A model generated the notes under the pieces. The model worked only from the letters and a program-made list of their open reading frames with translations, was not told where the DNA came from and did no database searches. 64,000 nt of DNA from Diadema antillarum. Its lineage: Eukaryota. The DNA is taken from NCBI RefSeq assembly GCF_040938485.1, contig NW_027270954.1, forward strand, positions 496,001-560,000, read 5' to 3'. The position numbers and the translations under genes were made by a program. Below are positions 33,921 to 44,645 of the stretch, in pieces; position 1 is the stretch's first letter, and the number at the start of each line of letters is the position of its first letter.

Positions 33921-33926
33921 ATCGGC
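33921..33926 (+). repeat. Right TSD of Maverick B (ATCGGC)
   Basis: Follows the ...CCTATACTACT terminus. Confidence 0.95.
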
Positions 33927-34736
33927 ACGAGTAAACCGGTCTCTTTAATTGGCCCGATATATGGAGATATCTTCTTTCAAGAAAGGCTTTTACTCCCAGG
34001 AGTGGATATCAAAATTAAACTCATTCGTAATAAGGATGCCTTTTGCTTACTGTCTTCACAAGCTGTGATCAAGTACAAAGTTATGATTGAAAAGGCCTCC
34101 CTCTACGTTAGAAAAGTAAAAGTAAATCCATCAGTGATGCTCTCACACGCCAAGATGATCGAGTCTTCACCTGCGAAGTATCCTATCAACAAAGTTGATG
34201 TACGCTCTTTTACAATTTCATCTGGAAATATGTCAGTGAACAAAGATAATCTCTTTCTAGGTCAAATTCCAAATCGGATTATCATTGGATTTGTTGACAA
34301 CGACGCCTATAATGGGAGTTACATGAAAAATCCCTTTAATTTCAAAAATTTTCATCTAAGTTACATTTCAGTTACTGTCGATGGTGAACCCTTACCAATG
34401 AGACCCCTCCGCCCTAGCTTTGGAGAGGGAAATGGTCAAAACTTCATCGAGGCGTACAATACTCTGTTTCTAGGAACAAATCGTCTATTTACTGACAAAG
34501 GGATTGCTATAAATAGAGAGGAGTATGCTAAAGGATATACATTGTACGCGTTTGATCTCACCCCTGACTTAAGCGACGGATGTCACTTGAATCTAGTCAA
34601 GGAAGGAAACGTGCGACTTGAAGCTGGATTTGACCAAGCTCTACCCAACACCGTAAACTGTATCGTGTACTCTGAATCTCAGGGACTGATTCAAATCGAT
34701 AGAAGCAGAAACGTCGTCTACGATTTCAAAGGGTGA
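33927..34736 (+). pseudogene. MCP: Major capsid protein of A, 3' part
   Basis: In-frame continuation of 17331-17855 (444 aa when rejoined), with no other lesion seen. Confidence 0.93.
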
Positions 34737-34780
34737 AGAAAGAGAGGGGAGGACTATTACATCAAATCACCTTATCTGTC

Positions 34781-35314
34781 ATGGATACCCATCAGATTAC
34801 CTACGCTTTGACTCGTCATCAAGCTACCAAGGCGTATTTCAGGGGAGTTTATGCCCTAGATGAGATTCCCCGTGTATTAAAGCGGGAAAAGAATTGTTGC
34901 ATCGTGAATTCAGACACGAGTGACAAAAGCGGTTCCCACTGGTTAGCGGTGTATTTTGATGGAAACAAAGGACAGTTTTTCTGTTCATATGGGAATCCGC
35001 CCTCATTTTACGACGATCGCCTAGAAAGATTTATGGAGACATTTGCAGAAAAGTGGAACTTTAATACAAAGAGGCTTCAGGGAACTTTTTCTACTGTCTG
35101 TGGTCAATATTGCATTTACTATTTAATCAAAAAATGTGAAGGGAAAAGCCTGCGAGACATTGTTAATGTATTCGGTAAGGATTTGCATTTAAATGACGAA
35201 AAAATTAATTCGTGGTTTAATCGAAAATACAATTCAGCCTTTCCAACGCATGATATTGGTTTCACATTCACTCAATTTTCCCGTAGTTTTGAAGATCGAG
35301 AAGTCAATACTTAA
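34781..35314 (+). CDS. PRO: Adenain-like cysteine protease, element A
   Basis: GSHW, LQ...VCGQYC. The usual FDSxG reads FCSYG. Confidence 0.9.
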   Translation: MDTHQITYALTRHQATKAYFRGVYALDEIPRVLKREKNCCIVNSDTSDKSGSHWLAVYFDGNKGQFFCSYGNPPSFYDDRLERFMETFAEKWNFNTKRLQGTFSTVCGQYCIYYLIKKCEGKSLRDIVNVFGKDLHLNDEKINSWFNRKYNSAFPTHDIGFTFTQFSRSFEDREVNT

Positions 35315-35315
35315 C

Positions 35316-35347
<32 letters not shown>

Positions 35348-36973
35348 CCAATAGTCACAGATGCATGTATTCAGCACGGGCTCTAACTCAGATTCATTCA
35401 TGGCTGTGGAGACACGTTATGAATTCATTCATGCATACTAAATATCTATTCCGTATTAAGAGGTTGAATTCAATACACAAAGCTGTCTCTTTAATAACGA
35501 AAAATATGAAAATATTTTTGTATGTAAATGTGCTTGTACTTGTTTTTCTTTTTTAATGGTATGAGATTGTTGGACAAAGTGTTGTAAATGTAAGTTTACA
35601 TCTTTGAGTATACTACGTAACGACCGTAATAGAATGTGTACATAATCCTTTCACATCCGTGTTCTATTCATCATTTATTTCAAACGTAATGTAAGAGCTA
35701 GTCACTTAATCACTGACCATGTCAATATTCTAAGGTCATCTTAGAATATCCACATAGGGTTACTCTCTTTTCACCTCCTTGTCTCATGCACTATCCATTT
35801 CAAACGTAATGTAAGAACTAAATAATGATAGCATGCTCTGTAAAATAAGTGATATCAATTGTACTGAATATGATTTCACTCCGAAACCAATAATCACATG
35901 ATCAAATCTTAGAATATGGACATGTAGGCCAACTCTTTCTTTCACCTCGCTATTTCATGCAACCGTACACTCATTCCACTCGTAATGTAAGAACCAAATG
36001 AAGGTAACAAGCTCTGTAAATCATTGTATTGAATGTGATTTATACTCCGTTTACAATCAATAAATATTACATATTATCCCAATCGATGTACAAAATCTTG
36101 TTATTTGTTGTCCTATATACATAGACATAACGAATTAATGAGAAAAGTAAAAGAACAGACACACAGAAGATTATTTCGAACTAAGTACAATCTATGCAGG
36201 AAAGAAAAAATGTATCTAGGTATCAACCACATTCTTATAATCAATACAAATAACTTTAAGCATTATTTTTTTTTTCTTTCAAGATGGTCTTGTGCATACT
36301 CCTTTGCTAATTATAATGATGCACAAATAATTCGCAGGAACAGACACACACAATTGAATTCTCAATATATTCCTCATAATTTCAATATGAGATAAGCCCT
36401 CACAGCAACGATTTGTAAATACAGATAGCGAAAGGAAATGAAATAGAAAAAACAAAAAATAAGCAAATCAATCAATAGATAAGCCTTTCACTCATTTTAC
36501 GTTTACAAAGCTGATGCCTCATATAATACATAAAAGTCAAAATTTAAAATTATTGTAAGTCAGTTCATCATATGATTCAACATAATATGAAGATACTTTA
36601 TCAGTCTACCTAATGTATCGTCTGACCATTTTTAATACTCTTCCGGTCATTTGGTCATTCGGCCTTTTGGTCATTTGACCATTTGCTCATTTGGTCATTT
36701 GCTCGTTTTTGTTTCAGTGTGAGTTATATGGGAAACTGAAAAATATTACAGTCTCCATCACACATTTTCAGAGGAAAAATATATACATTAATCAATCTAA
36801 GTAATAGTAAAAACTATATCTATTTACAATCAAAATGATATCACAATATTTTTCAATCCGTTTATGAATATGCAGTCATATTCACCATAAACAGAACCCC
36901 TGTGTAATGGGGTCTAATCCTCATGGGATTAGAGAATAGAAGGGGTGACTGAAACCATTATTTATTAGGGGGA

Positions 36974-37726
36974 TTAGAAACTAACCCATTTTTTGCTTTG
37001 AGAAATACCACTTAAACTCTCACGTTTAGGTTTGTCTTTTGCACCACCACGTACTCGCGGGGCCACCCTTTCTTCACGATCTACCCGACTTCCTCCTTCG
37101 TCTGCGCTGTCCATACGCTTCCACCGTTGTAGGTCCTGTCTCCTCTTAGGATTAGTGAGAAATGTTTCTGGAATATTCATCGCTGCCAGTATGCGCATGA
37201 ATTGTTCGCTACCTGTGGGAGAATATCCTCGTCGTTCACGGAAAATATCGTACATCAAATCGCAAACATTACTCCCACGAATTGTGCGCCCATCTATGAC
37301 AAGCTGACCCGCAGAAGTCCAACCAATGCTAGGATTGGTTTTCAGTTTCTGTAAAAGATGAGAGGCTCGGTTGACGTAAGATTTTGGAATATGTCGAATA
37401 ATTTCCAGTTCAAGCGGATCAGGTTCAATATGTTCGGGCTCAGTTTCTGTCACAGTCGATGGTTGGTCGGGAGAATCTGCGGACGAAATGTCTCGAACCT
37501 CAATAGACAATGGTTTCCTCGCAATTTCGCCCGACTTTAAAAAATTCTGTAGATATTGCGAATACATATTGGCTTTCTCATGAACGTCCAAATCATTCCT
37601 CTCTAACACCAAGCGCATCTTTTCGTCCAGTTCATTTCGGTGGTGGTTCGATGACGATGAAGAAGCTGCTTGCAGTGTTTGTAACATATTAGGCGGAACA
37701 AGGACCATTTTGCGTGCGTGTTCCAT
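36974..37726 (-). CDS. Conserved Maverick hypothetical protein, element A
   Basis: Homologous to B 24593-25360. Confidence 0.8.
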   Translation of the reverse strand: MEHARKMVLVPPNMLQTLQAASSSSSNHHRNELDEKMRLVLERNDLDVHEKANMYSQYLQNFLKSGEIARKPLSIEVRDISSADSPDQPSTVTETEPEHIEPDPLELEIIRHIPKSYVNRASHLLQKLKTNPSIGWTSAGQLVIDGRTIRGSNVCDLMYDIFRERRGYSPTGSEQFMRILAAMNIPETFLTNPKRRQDLQRWKRMDSADEGGSRVDREERVAPRVRGGAKDKPKRESLSGISQSKKWVSF

Positions 37727-37741
37727 GATTGTCTATACAGA

Positions 37742-38086
37742 TTATTTCTTTCCGGTAAATGCTGTCGCTAGTGCTCCCACCGCTGGAACCACGAGTCTCA
37801 TCAATAGGGGTAAGAGAAATCCACCGCGTTGAGTTAGAAGTCTCTTCCTTTCTCTTAATGACGTGGACCGATCAGAGAGCTTTCGTAACTTCTGTTTATG
37901 TTTAGACAGAGTTCGCTTCTGTGTCGGTGAAATTTTGATATTACCGTTAATGACGTTCACGATGCATTCGCAAATGGCGTCTATCAACCCTCTGTCAGCG
38001 GTTTTCAGCAGGGCCCTTCGCTGTTGAGCTGTACAGTGTGCCAATGTCTTCAGAAGAACCGCATGTGTCTTGATACGACGAGACAT
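37742..38086 (-). CDS. 114-aa basic protein with QRGG-F hydrophobic tail (pX-like), element A
   Basis: QRGGFLLPLLMRLVVPAVGALA. Homologous to B 24221-24565. Confidence 0.8.
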   Translation of the reverse strand: MSRRIKTHAVLLKTLAHCTAQQRRALLKTADRGLIDAICECIVNVINGNIKISPTQKRTLSKHKQKLRKLSDRSTSLRERKRLLTQRGGFLLPLLMRLVVPAVGALATAFTGKK

Positions 38087-38124
38087 TTTTAAAAAATAAC
38101 GAGGTTAAGATGGGATCGTGCTCT

Positions 38125-38766
38125 TTATACTTTAGGAAGATATGCGAACTGCGTTTCTCCAGGAAAAATATTAGTTCTCAGTCTGAAGTCTTCTGGCGTG
38201 TCGGGTTTCAGATCAATGAAAAGGTAGCCATATTGTTCGTGGGTAGCATCGGCATACGCATCCTGGAAATACTTGGTGCGGCCTGGATACATTTGACGCC
38301 CTAAACATGATACTTGCATTTTATCTCTACTATTCTTAAACAAGCAATAATACTGAGTATTTAAGGAAATTGTCCTAGACTCTTTTCCGTTTCTGTACAT
38401 ATTTTGGGTTAGATAAATCAAACTTACATTTCTATGGTGACATCCCTTTGTAAAAAGAGCAGCCACTTTTCTACTATCACTAACAACATCCATCAAATCA
38501 TCAATTATAAATAACGTGGGTCGTGCGTTGTCAGTAAATGCATAAAAGTCTTCTGGTAGGTTTTCGTGAAATTCAATTTGAGGAATCTCATGCATCATTT
38601 CAGCATAATCCTTTTGAAATTCCCCATAAAACCAGACAATTTTTCGAGGAGCAGGGTTAAACATACGCTCACGCTGTTTAATTAGTCTTTTGACAAAAGA
38701 AGTCTTTCCCGAAAAAGTTGGTCCGACAACGCACATTGTAAAGGGATGTTTTAGACGGACATCCAT
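38125..38766 (-). CDS. A32/FtsK-like packaging ATPase, element A
   Basis: GPTFSGKT, FIIDDL, KGCHH. 213 aa. Confidence 0.93.
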   Translation of the reverse strand: MDVRLKHPFTMCVVGPTFSGKTSFVKRLIKQRERMFNPAPRKIVWFYGEFQKDYAEMMHEIPQIEFHENLPEDFYAFTDNARPTLFIIDDLMDVVSDSRKVAALFTKGCHHRNVSLIYLTQNMYRNGKESRTISLNTQYYCLFKNSRDKMQVSCLGRQMYPGRTKYFQDAYADATHEQYGYLFIDLKPDTPEDFRLRTNIFPGETQFAYLPKV

Positions 38767-38963
38767 GGTAGATCTGTAATCAAAATCAACACGAAAATAC
38801 TATAAGAGTGCAAACATTAAAATACAAATATTTGAGTTCAAAGTGAATGCGATGTATATTTACAATATAGAGATGTGGGTACCAATATTCATGACTTAAA
38901 GCTAGGAGCAGTTAAAACAATTACACATGTAACTACTGTCCCCCATCAGGAACGTCTTCACAT

Positions 38964-39194
38964 TCATCCAGCTGAAATATAACTGACGCTTTCTTCAGAG
39001 CTAGAAGTGTTTAAATGGGATAAAATTACAGTCGAGTTTGTCATGCCTTGTTTCTCAAGAAGAATGTCGAGAGAAAAACTGACAAAAATAACAACTATCA
39101 GTAAAATGGTAATCAAAATATTCATACGACACGTGTTGTACGGAATACGCCTCACAAAGTCACGATGCATTCTTAAAAAAATCATACTATCCAT
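38964..39194 (-). CDS. Small single-TM protein (76 aa), element A
   Basis: ILITILLIVVIFVSFSL followed by NST and NTS sequons. Same position as B 23067-23303. Confidence 0.55.
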   Translation of the reverse strand: MDSMIFLRMHRDFVRRIPYNTCRMNILITILLIVVIFVSFSLDILLEKQGMTNSTVILSHLNTSSSEESVSYISAG

Positions 39195-39303
39195 TTTTTT
39201 TTTCAACACTATCTCAACCTCAAAAATAATACAACCTTACAGATCTAGAGTCGGGGACTAAATGAGGCAGCATTTTTTTACACCGGTGTATATAAAATAC
39301 TGG

Positions 39304-42300
39304 TTATGAAATATCCTTATGGCCATATGGTAGGGTTTTGGTTCCATCTCCAACTCGAACCCTTTTAGTAAAGACTACCCTGTAATCTTTTTTAGATTCG
39401 ATTGTGTGAATCGTCTTGGTTTTGGTGTCTCGGACAATTTTTGATTCATGAATGGTGCGTATTTCATCGCTTTTGGACATAACGAGTTCTTTGAGTGTGT
39501 CATGATTAATGACCATAGAATTAGTGTGGTTCAACGTGAACCCCCGCACCTTGCACACTGTGTTTCCTTTGTTAGTTTTGTAACTGTAATTCTTCGGTCC
39601 ACCACACACCCACGTGTGAATGTATTCATCATTAGTGGGGTCGATTTCATTTGTGAGATCACCTAGGTAATCGCCAGTCTTTGGGTCAAAGGGTTCGAGG
39701 GACTGATTCGTCTTAAAAACAACACTATCAGTATCATAATAGAGCGCCCTCTCTTCTAAGATTTCCAGAATTGAATACAGCTTCAATCTAGCCATTGCCG
39801 TTGTAAAGCTCGCTATCACTATATTAGTATTAACATTTTGCTCTACAAACCCGCGGGCGTTATTGTATTGCACTTCTATCATGTCTTCATTGATAACCCA
39901 CATGTCATGGACTGTAACGGAATCATCTCTAAAATACCGTAATAGTTCCGCTGGTGTTTTGACATATTTCGTTTGCTTATGATTATTCTTTTCAGCAAGT
40001 TTACCCCATAATGTATTTAAGAGCAATTTTGAAATGGCACGCATGCCCGGATTCTTCTCGATACGGTCAGGATCTAACGATACTCCTTCGTGATTGTGAT
40101 ATTTTTGAATGTAATTTATCCTATCGGATTCTGTCTCGACACTAGCTGGATAGCCCGACGACTCTTGCTTTATTTTCATGAAAGTATCGATATATTCCGC
40201 AAAAAGGCCCCCCTTGCATTCCCGTTTGTCATACTTGGTATATCGATCGAAGTGCCATACTTCAGAAATTTTGATATCGTAGTATCCTTTTTCTACTGCC
40301 TTTTTTACTTCTTCTGACACCCAAACGCCTTTAAGCGCTCTCTCGCGGTCCTCGTGCGTGCACCGAGTTTGGTTCAATGACTCTGCGCATGTAGCACACA
40401 GTGGGAAGGTGAGTTTACCCGAGGATCTGTAGGGGAGGACAGGGTGATACAAATCTTTGGGAGGAGTTATCTCACACTGGATGAGGCCAAACATTTTCTC
40501 GAGGGGTGGAAAGTTTGAGCGGATGATTCGAGGGTGGCCAATGGGGTACTTTCCAAATTTGTTTATGAATGGATACAGAGAAGTAAAATCATAGTATAAA
40601 ATTTTTTCACCCTGTTTTGCCTCATCAAAAAGTGAGCATCCATCAGTCCTACCACCAAAAAAAGAATCTCTTGGATTGAGGGGATTTTTGAATTTTTCGT
40701 GAAGATGCTGGACGCGGGCTTTCACAGCAGGATCTTTGATCTGCATGTCCCATTCATGCTCCCAGATGTAATGTACTATGTAACCTGCATTTCGGAGACG
40801 GTAGATTCTTTCCATAACTTCGTTATGGAGTTGACTCATTGATTTGTTACATCTTTTGTTGATTGTGAAGGGGTTAAAACATTGACTACATCCATGGTAA
40901 AAACAACCTAGAAATTCAAAAATGTGCTTTTCCTCCCCTACCTCGGCATACCCGTCCACATAGCGGCCATGAACCTTGCGCTCCCCACCAGTAAATGCAT
41001 ATTTGATATCGATCCCTCGTTCCTCAGCTTGATAATGTAACCATTTTCCAGCTTTAAGCGAATGACGCTTAGGGTTAGAATAACCGTCGTGCGGAATAAG
41101 GGCTATCTTGTTCGGTTTTAGAAAATTACTCCTGTAGAGATAATTACACGCGCTCGGAAGGGTGAGGCTGCGTAAGAAGGGATCGATGCCATCGGGATTA
41201 GCTTCTGTGGCACTTATTGTCTTGAAATGCAGGCGAAATAATTTACAACTTTCATGCAGTATTTTTACATCGCTCTTGCAGTACTCCAAAATTTCTTTTT
41301 GAAAATCAAACACAAAATTGTCAGGAAGGCTATCGTACCATGCATCAAATTCTGTCTTCGCTTCTTTCATCATGGTGTTTGTCCCGAAATATTTCTTATC
41401 GGGAATGGGACCAACGTAATTTTGATTATCTTTTACGTTAAACAGATGTGGGAAATATCCCTTCTTCAGCTCTTTGATACCGAAAGTTTTTGGAAGTTTG
41501 GCCAAGCCCATTTGGAAGAAGTTTAAGCTATCTTTAATTACGATTTTGGGGTCTTGTGTGCTCAGACACATGATCTTTCCTCCATTCATTATGACTTCGG
41601 GGATTATCCCTTTACGAACGAGGTGATTAAGAAGGAAATATGTGTCATACGCCTTAGCGTTGTGTGCAATAGCTATTGCCTTGTGGTTATCTTCTGACAA
41701 CAACCATGTACAAAATCGTTCCAGGGTGTCCTCCCCCTGAAAAGTGATCTCTCTTCCTTCATCTACATTACCGCACCAAAGACAGCCCCACCCATCGGGA
41801 GTTACACCATCCATACAGTTACTACAATCCCAGGTAGCGTGTACTAGATTAGGAACATGAGAAGTGGTATTCTGGGTACATTCAAAATCAAAGAAAATAT
41901 ATCTCTGTGGGTCTGGCAAATCAGCTTGCGTGGTAGGTTTTGATTTCTTTTTTTTCTTTTTCATAGCTGCAAGTTCTTTCTCAGCCTCAGTGGGGACGTA
42001 GTATTTGCTTTCTTTTGTTACTTTCATGTAGCATTCATGGGTGGGTCCATCGACATAATCTTTACATGTCTGACAAAATATCTTGGAACAGTCATGTTTA
42101 TCAAATATGCCTGGAAATACTTCCGAATCAAACACGCGCGCACATTTTAGGCATTTACGACGGGTCTTACAGGCAGTTGATCCCTTGAAAATTGTCACCG
42201 AATGAGCTTTAAAGCATTGCTCAGTGAGGAACGTCATGTTACAATCGGCGCACGTTCGAGGATCGCGTTTAATGGGGTCAGTGCGATTGCAATTTGTACT

Positions 42301-43059
42301 GAAACAATCGTAGCAGGTATTACAACAACTGTGAGTTCTGGGATCGTTGTAAACTTCATGGCATTCTTCGCACAAATGCTTGACACACAAGAATGCAGAA
42401 ACATTTTTGATGACATTATAATGACCGGATTCAGTCAAATACAAGTACAATGTCTTCTCAGCTGGGGGGCCTGCATATATCATGGCATGTTTTTTTCGAC
42501 CTCTGTATATGATCAATCTATATTCAGGTAGTAAGACTTGTTGAAAGGCGTCGTACTGACTCGAATCAACCTCTCCTTTAGGAACGCCAGCTAGATCGTG
42601 AAGTTTTGCGGCTTCATGAAGTAAACCCTTTGTGGGTGGTCTGTTAGTTCGAGACCAGGTTCGATATTTTCGATCATTATTAACGTAATAGCGCGAGATG
42701 ACAATTGCGCTTGCAAAACAGGTTTTTTCTTCTTTGCTGGAGGGAACGGTGATGATGGAAGTTTTTCTTATGGATGCCTCGTCATCAGGCAAGCCATCCA
42801 TTTTTCGCGTATATCCACCAGTGGGGTTTTGCACATGGTGAAATCTGATAGTAAAACCAGGTTTGAGGAAAAAGTTCTGGTTACTATTGAGAACTCGTTC
42901 TATCCGTTCTAATATAAGCGCGATGTCAAAGTGCCTGACCACTGCCCAGGGAAAAGCGATCGGAATATTCAATTGGTCCGAGACTAGCACCAGTCGCACA
43001 TAGTCTCTTTCATTCGCGTATCGTGAAGAAGGAGCGTTCGTAGCTCCTCGAGAGATGAT
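39304..43059 (-). CDS. pPolB: Protein-primed family B DNA polymerase, element A (main frame)
   Basis: Exonuclease FFDFEC, HNAKAYD and YCKSD. Polymerase YYDFTSLYP, KLLLNTLWGK and YYDTDS. Cys/His of a vOTU-like segment (CFASAI...GHYNVI). Vsr-like insert (VDGY...EFLGCFYHGC). The frame is open from 43059 but has no ATG near its start. Confidence 0.93.
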   Translation of the reverse strand: MISRGATNAPSSRYANERDYVRLVLVSDQLNIPIAFPWAVVRHFDIALILERIERVLNSNQNFFLKPGFTIRFHHVQNPTGGYTRKMDGLPDDEASIRKTSIITVPSSKEEKTCFASAIVISRYYVNNDRKYRTWSRTNRPPTKGLLHEAAKLHDLAGVPKGEVDSSQYDAFQQVLLPEYRLIIYRGRKKHAMIYAGPPAEKTLYLYLTESGHYNVIKNVSAFLCVKHLCEECHEVYNDPRTHSCCNTCYDCFSTNCNRTDPIKRDPRTCADCNMTFLTEQCFKAHSVTIFKGSTACKTRRKCLKCARVFDSEVFPGIFDKHDCSKIFCQTCKDYVDGPTHECYMKVTKESKYYVPTEAEKELAAMKKKKKKSKPTTQADLPDPQRYIFFDFECTQNTTSHVPNLVHATWDCSNCMDGVTPDGWGCLWCGNVDEGREITFQGEDTLERFCTWLLSEDNHKAIAIAHNAKAYDTYFLLNHLVRKGIIPEVIMNGGKIMCLSTQDPKIVIKDSLNFFQMGLAKLPKTFGIKELKKGYFPHLFNVKDNQNYVGPIPDKKYFGTNTMMKEAKTEFDAWYDSLPDNFVFDFQKEILEYCKSDVKILHESCKLFRLHFKTISATEANPDGIDPFLRSLTLPSACNYLYRSNFLKPNKIALIPHDGYSNPKRHSLKAGKWLHYQAEERGIDIKYAFTGGERKVHGRYVDGYAEVGEEKHIFEFLGCFYHGCSQCFNPFTINKRCNKSMSQLHNEVMERIYRLRNAGYIVHYIWEHEWDMQIKDPAVKARVQHLHEKFKNPLNPRDSFFGGRTDGCSLFDEAKQGEKILYYDFTSLYPFINKFGKYPIGHPRIIRSNFPPLEKMFGLIQCEITPPKDLYHPVLPYRSSGKLTFPLCATCAESLNQTRCTHEDRERALKGVWVSEEVKKAVEKGYYDIKISEVWHFDRYTKYDKRECKGGLFAEYIDTFMKIKQESSGYPASVETESDRINYIQKYHNHEGVSLDPDRIEKNPGMRAISKLLLNTLWGKLAEKNNHKQTKYVKTPAELLRYFRDDSVTVHDMWVINEDMIEVQYNNARGFVEQNVNTNIVIASFTTAMARLKLYSILEILEERALYYDTDSVVFKTNQSLEPFDPKTGDYLGDLTNEIDPTNDEYIHTWVCGGPKNYSYKTNKGNTVCKVRGFTLNHTNSMVINHDTLKELVMSKSDEIRTIHESKIVRDTKTKTIHTIESKKDYRVVFTKRVRVGDGTKTLPYGHKDIS

Positions 43060-44213
43060 CTAATATAGTCAAGAACATGTCTAATTGAAGAATGATCGGG
43101 TATATCTCCGACAAAGTCGTACCAGACTTCTCGTACGCCGAAGCGTTTATTAATTCGTGAATCTATGAATTTCCATTGAGGTGAGGCTGTTTTTGTAGTC
43201 TCATTGCTCTGGCTTGAACAATCGCTCTCCGATTCATTTATGTCTGACGAAGAAGTCAGTGGGGGGCGAGACTGATTGTGGGGTGGGTCTAAATGCTTTG
43301 TTTTTCTCTTTCTCTTGCCTCCGTGCTGTTTCGTCTCAGAGGGAAGATCAGAATTTTGTCTATTTCCTCCACTTTGTACATGACCACATGGAGTATGATG
43401 ACAGTTGTTATCAGAGTAGTCAAAATCATCGAGATCTTCGTCATCGTTATCATGATATCGGGTAAGGGGAGGAGGGGCATGTTCTGGTACGTAATTTCCG
43501 GGGGTACCATGAAAATGTGAAGGGCCAGGAATATCATAAATGTTATTGTCTTCTCCTTTTTTCCGTCTTGACCTTTGTCGGAGACTCAGTTTCGATCTTT
43601 TGAATTGGGAACCGCTTCCGATGTCCATTCTACGCTTCATTCCTCTTTGTTGTTTTGGAGAAGAGAGAGATATTTTTTCTTTTACAATTGGACATTCCGA
43701 TCGTTTTTTGTTTCCTTTCAATGAATCAGACACACGTCTTGCTTCCTTTCCCTTTGACTTTCTTCTTTCAGCAATTAATTCGGATTTTTTCTTTTTCAAA
43801 CCACCACCTTTCCCTCTATTAGAGCGGGGTTTTTCCCGCTTTCTAACTCGTGACTGTTGTGGATTAGGATCAACAAAGTCATCATCATCAGACCAATTGC
43901 AAACGGAACTAACAGGAACATTTTTTGAAAGTAATATTGGTTTCGACGAAACTGCTGAAGCGGCAATAACTTCAGTTGTAGAGGCGTTTTTACAAATACC
44001 CACATCTCTATCTGAACTAGGAAAAGAAACATCGCATTCACTTACCTCATTTTGATCTGCCGGATGAACGCTAGGAGCACGACGGACTAAATCAACTGTT
44101 CTGTTCACAATCCTTTGAATTTGAGAAGACGTGAGGTCGTACAAGTTTGAAATCGTGTTGGTTAGATTGTTTCTAAGAGTAGAACTGCGATGTGAAGGAT
44201 GGTTTTCATCCAT
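42984..44213 (-). CDS. 409-aa low-complexity ORF, probable N-terminal part of pPolB separated by a frameshift
   Basis: K/R/S/D-rich with QSGG and QHGG motifs. The C-terminal helical segment overlaps the polB frame by ~75 nt. Confidence 0.65.
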   Translation of the reverse strand: MDENHPSHRSSTLRNNLTNTISNLYDLTSSQIQRIVNRTVDLVRRAPSVHPADQNEVSECDVSFPSSDRDVGICKNASTTEVIAASAVSSKPILLSKNVPVSSVCNWSDDDDFVDPNPQQSRVRKREKPRSNRGKGGGLKKKKSELIAERRKSKGKEARRVSDSLKGNKKRSECPIVKEKISLSSPKQQRGMKRRMDIGSGSQFKRSKLSLRQRSRRKKGEDNNIYDIPGPSHFHGTPGNYVPEHAPPPLTRYHDNDDEDLDDFDYSDNNCHHTPCGHVQSGGNRQNSDLPSETKQHGGKRKRKTKHLDPPHNQSRPPLTSSSDINESESDCSSQSNETTKTASPQWKFIDSRINKRFGVREVWYDFVGDIPDHSSIRHVLDYIRSSLEELRTLLLHDTRMKETMCDWC

Positions 44214-44645
44214 TTTACGGCTTAAAGTGAGTAACAAGTTAACTCTAAAAAAGTGCAAACTTGACAAGTATTCAAACGCTAAATACAGTCATAATGGTTT
44301 CAGTCACCCCTCTTGGCGTCTAGATTCTGTATAAACGTAAAGTTACAGAGCAATGACCACACGATATAGCTCGTGTATAAAATAGGAAGAAATGTGGAGA
44401 ACTGGGTTTTGCTCAGGCCTTTTTATCTAACTCTCGCTCCATTTTCCCGTCACTTTACTTTCAAGCTGAGACATGTAAGTCATCGGGAAGGACCGATCAA
44501 TAAATAAGGGATTATTTTCTCAAGTGGAGGACAAACAATTCTGTACTTGCACATAGGTCCCGCATAGGAAGTTCCATCCATTGTTCTTACGTAGACCTAC
44601 TTGGAAGAATTCTTTTGAGTAAGGATTAACTTTGAATCGTTCGAC

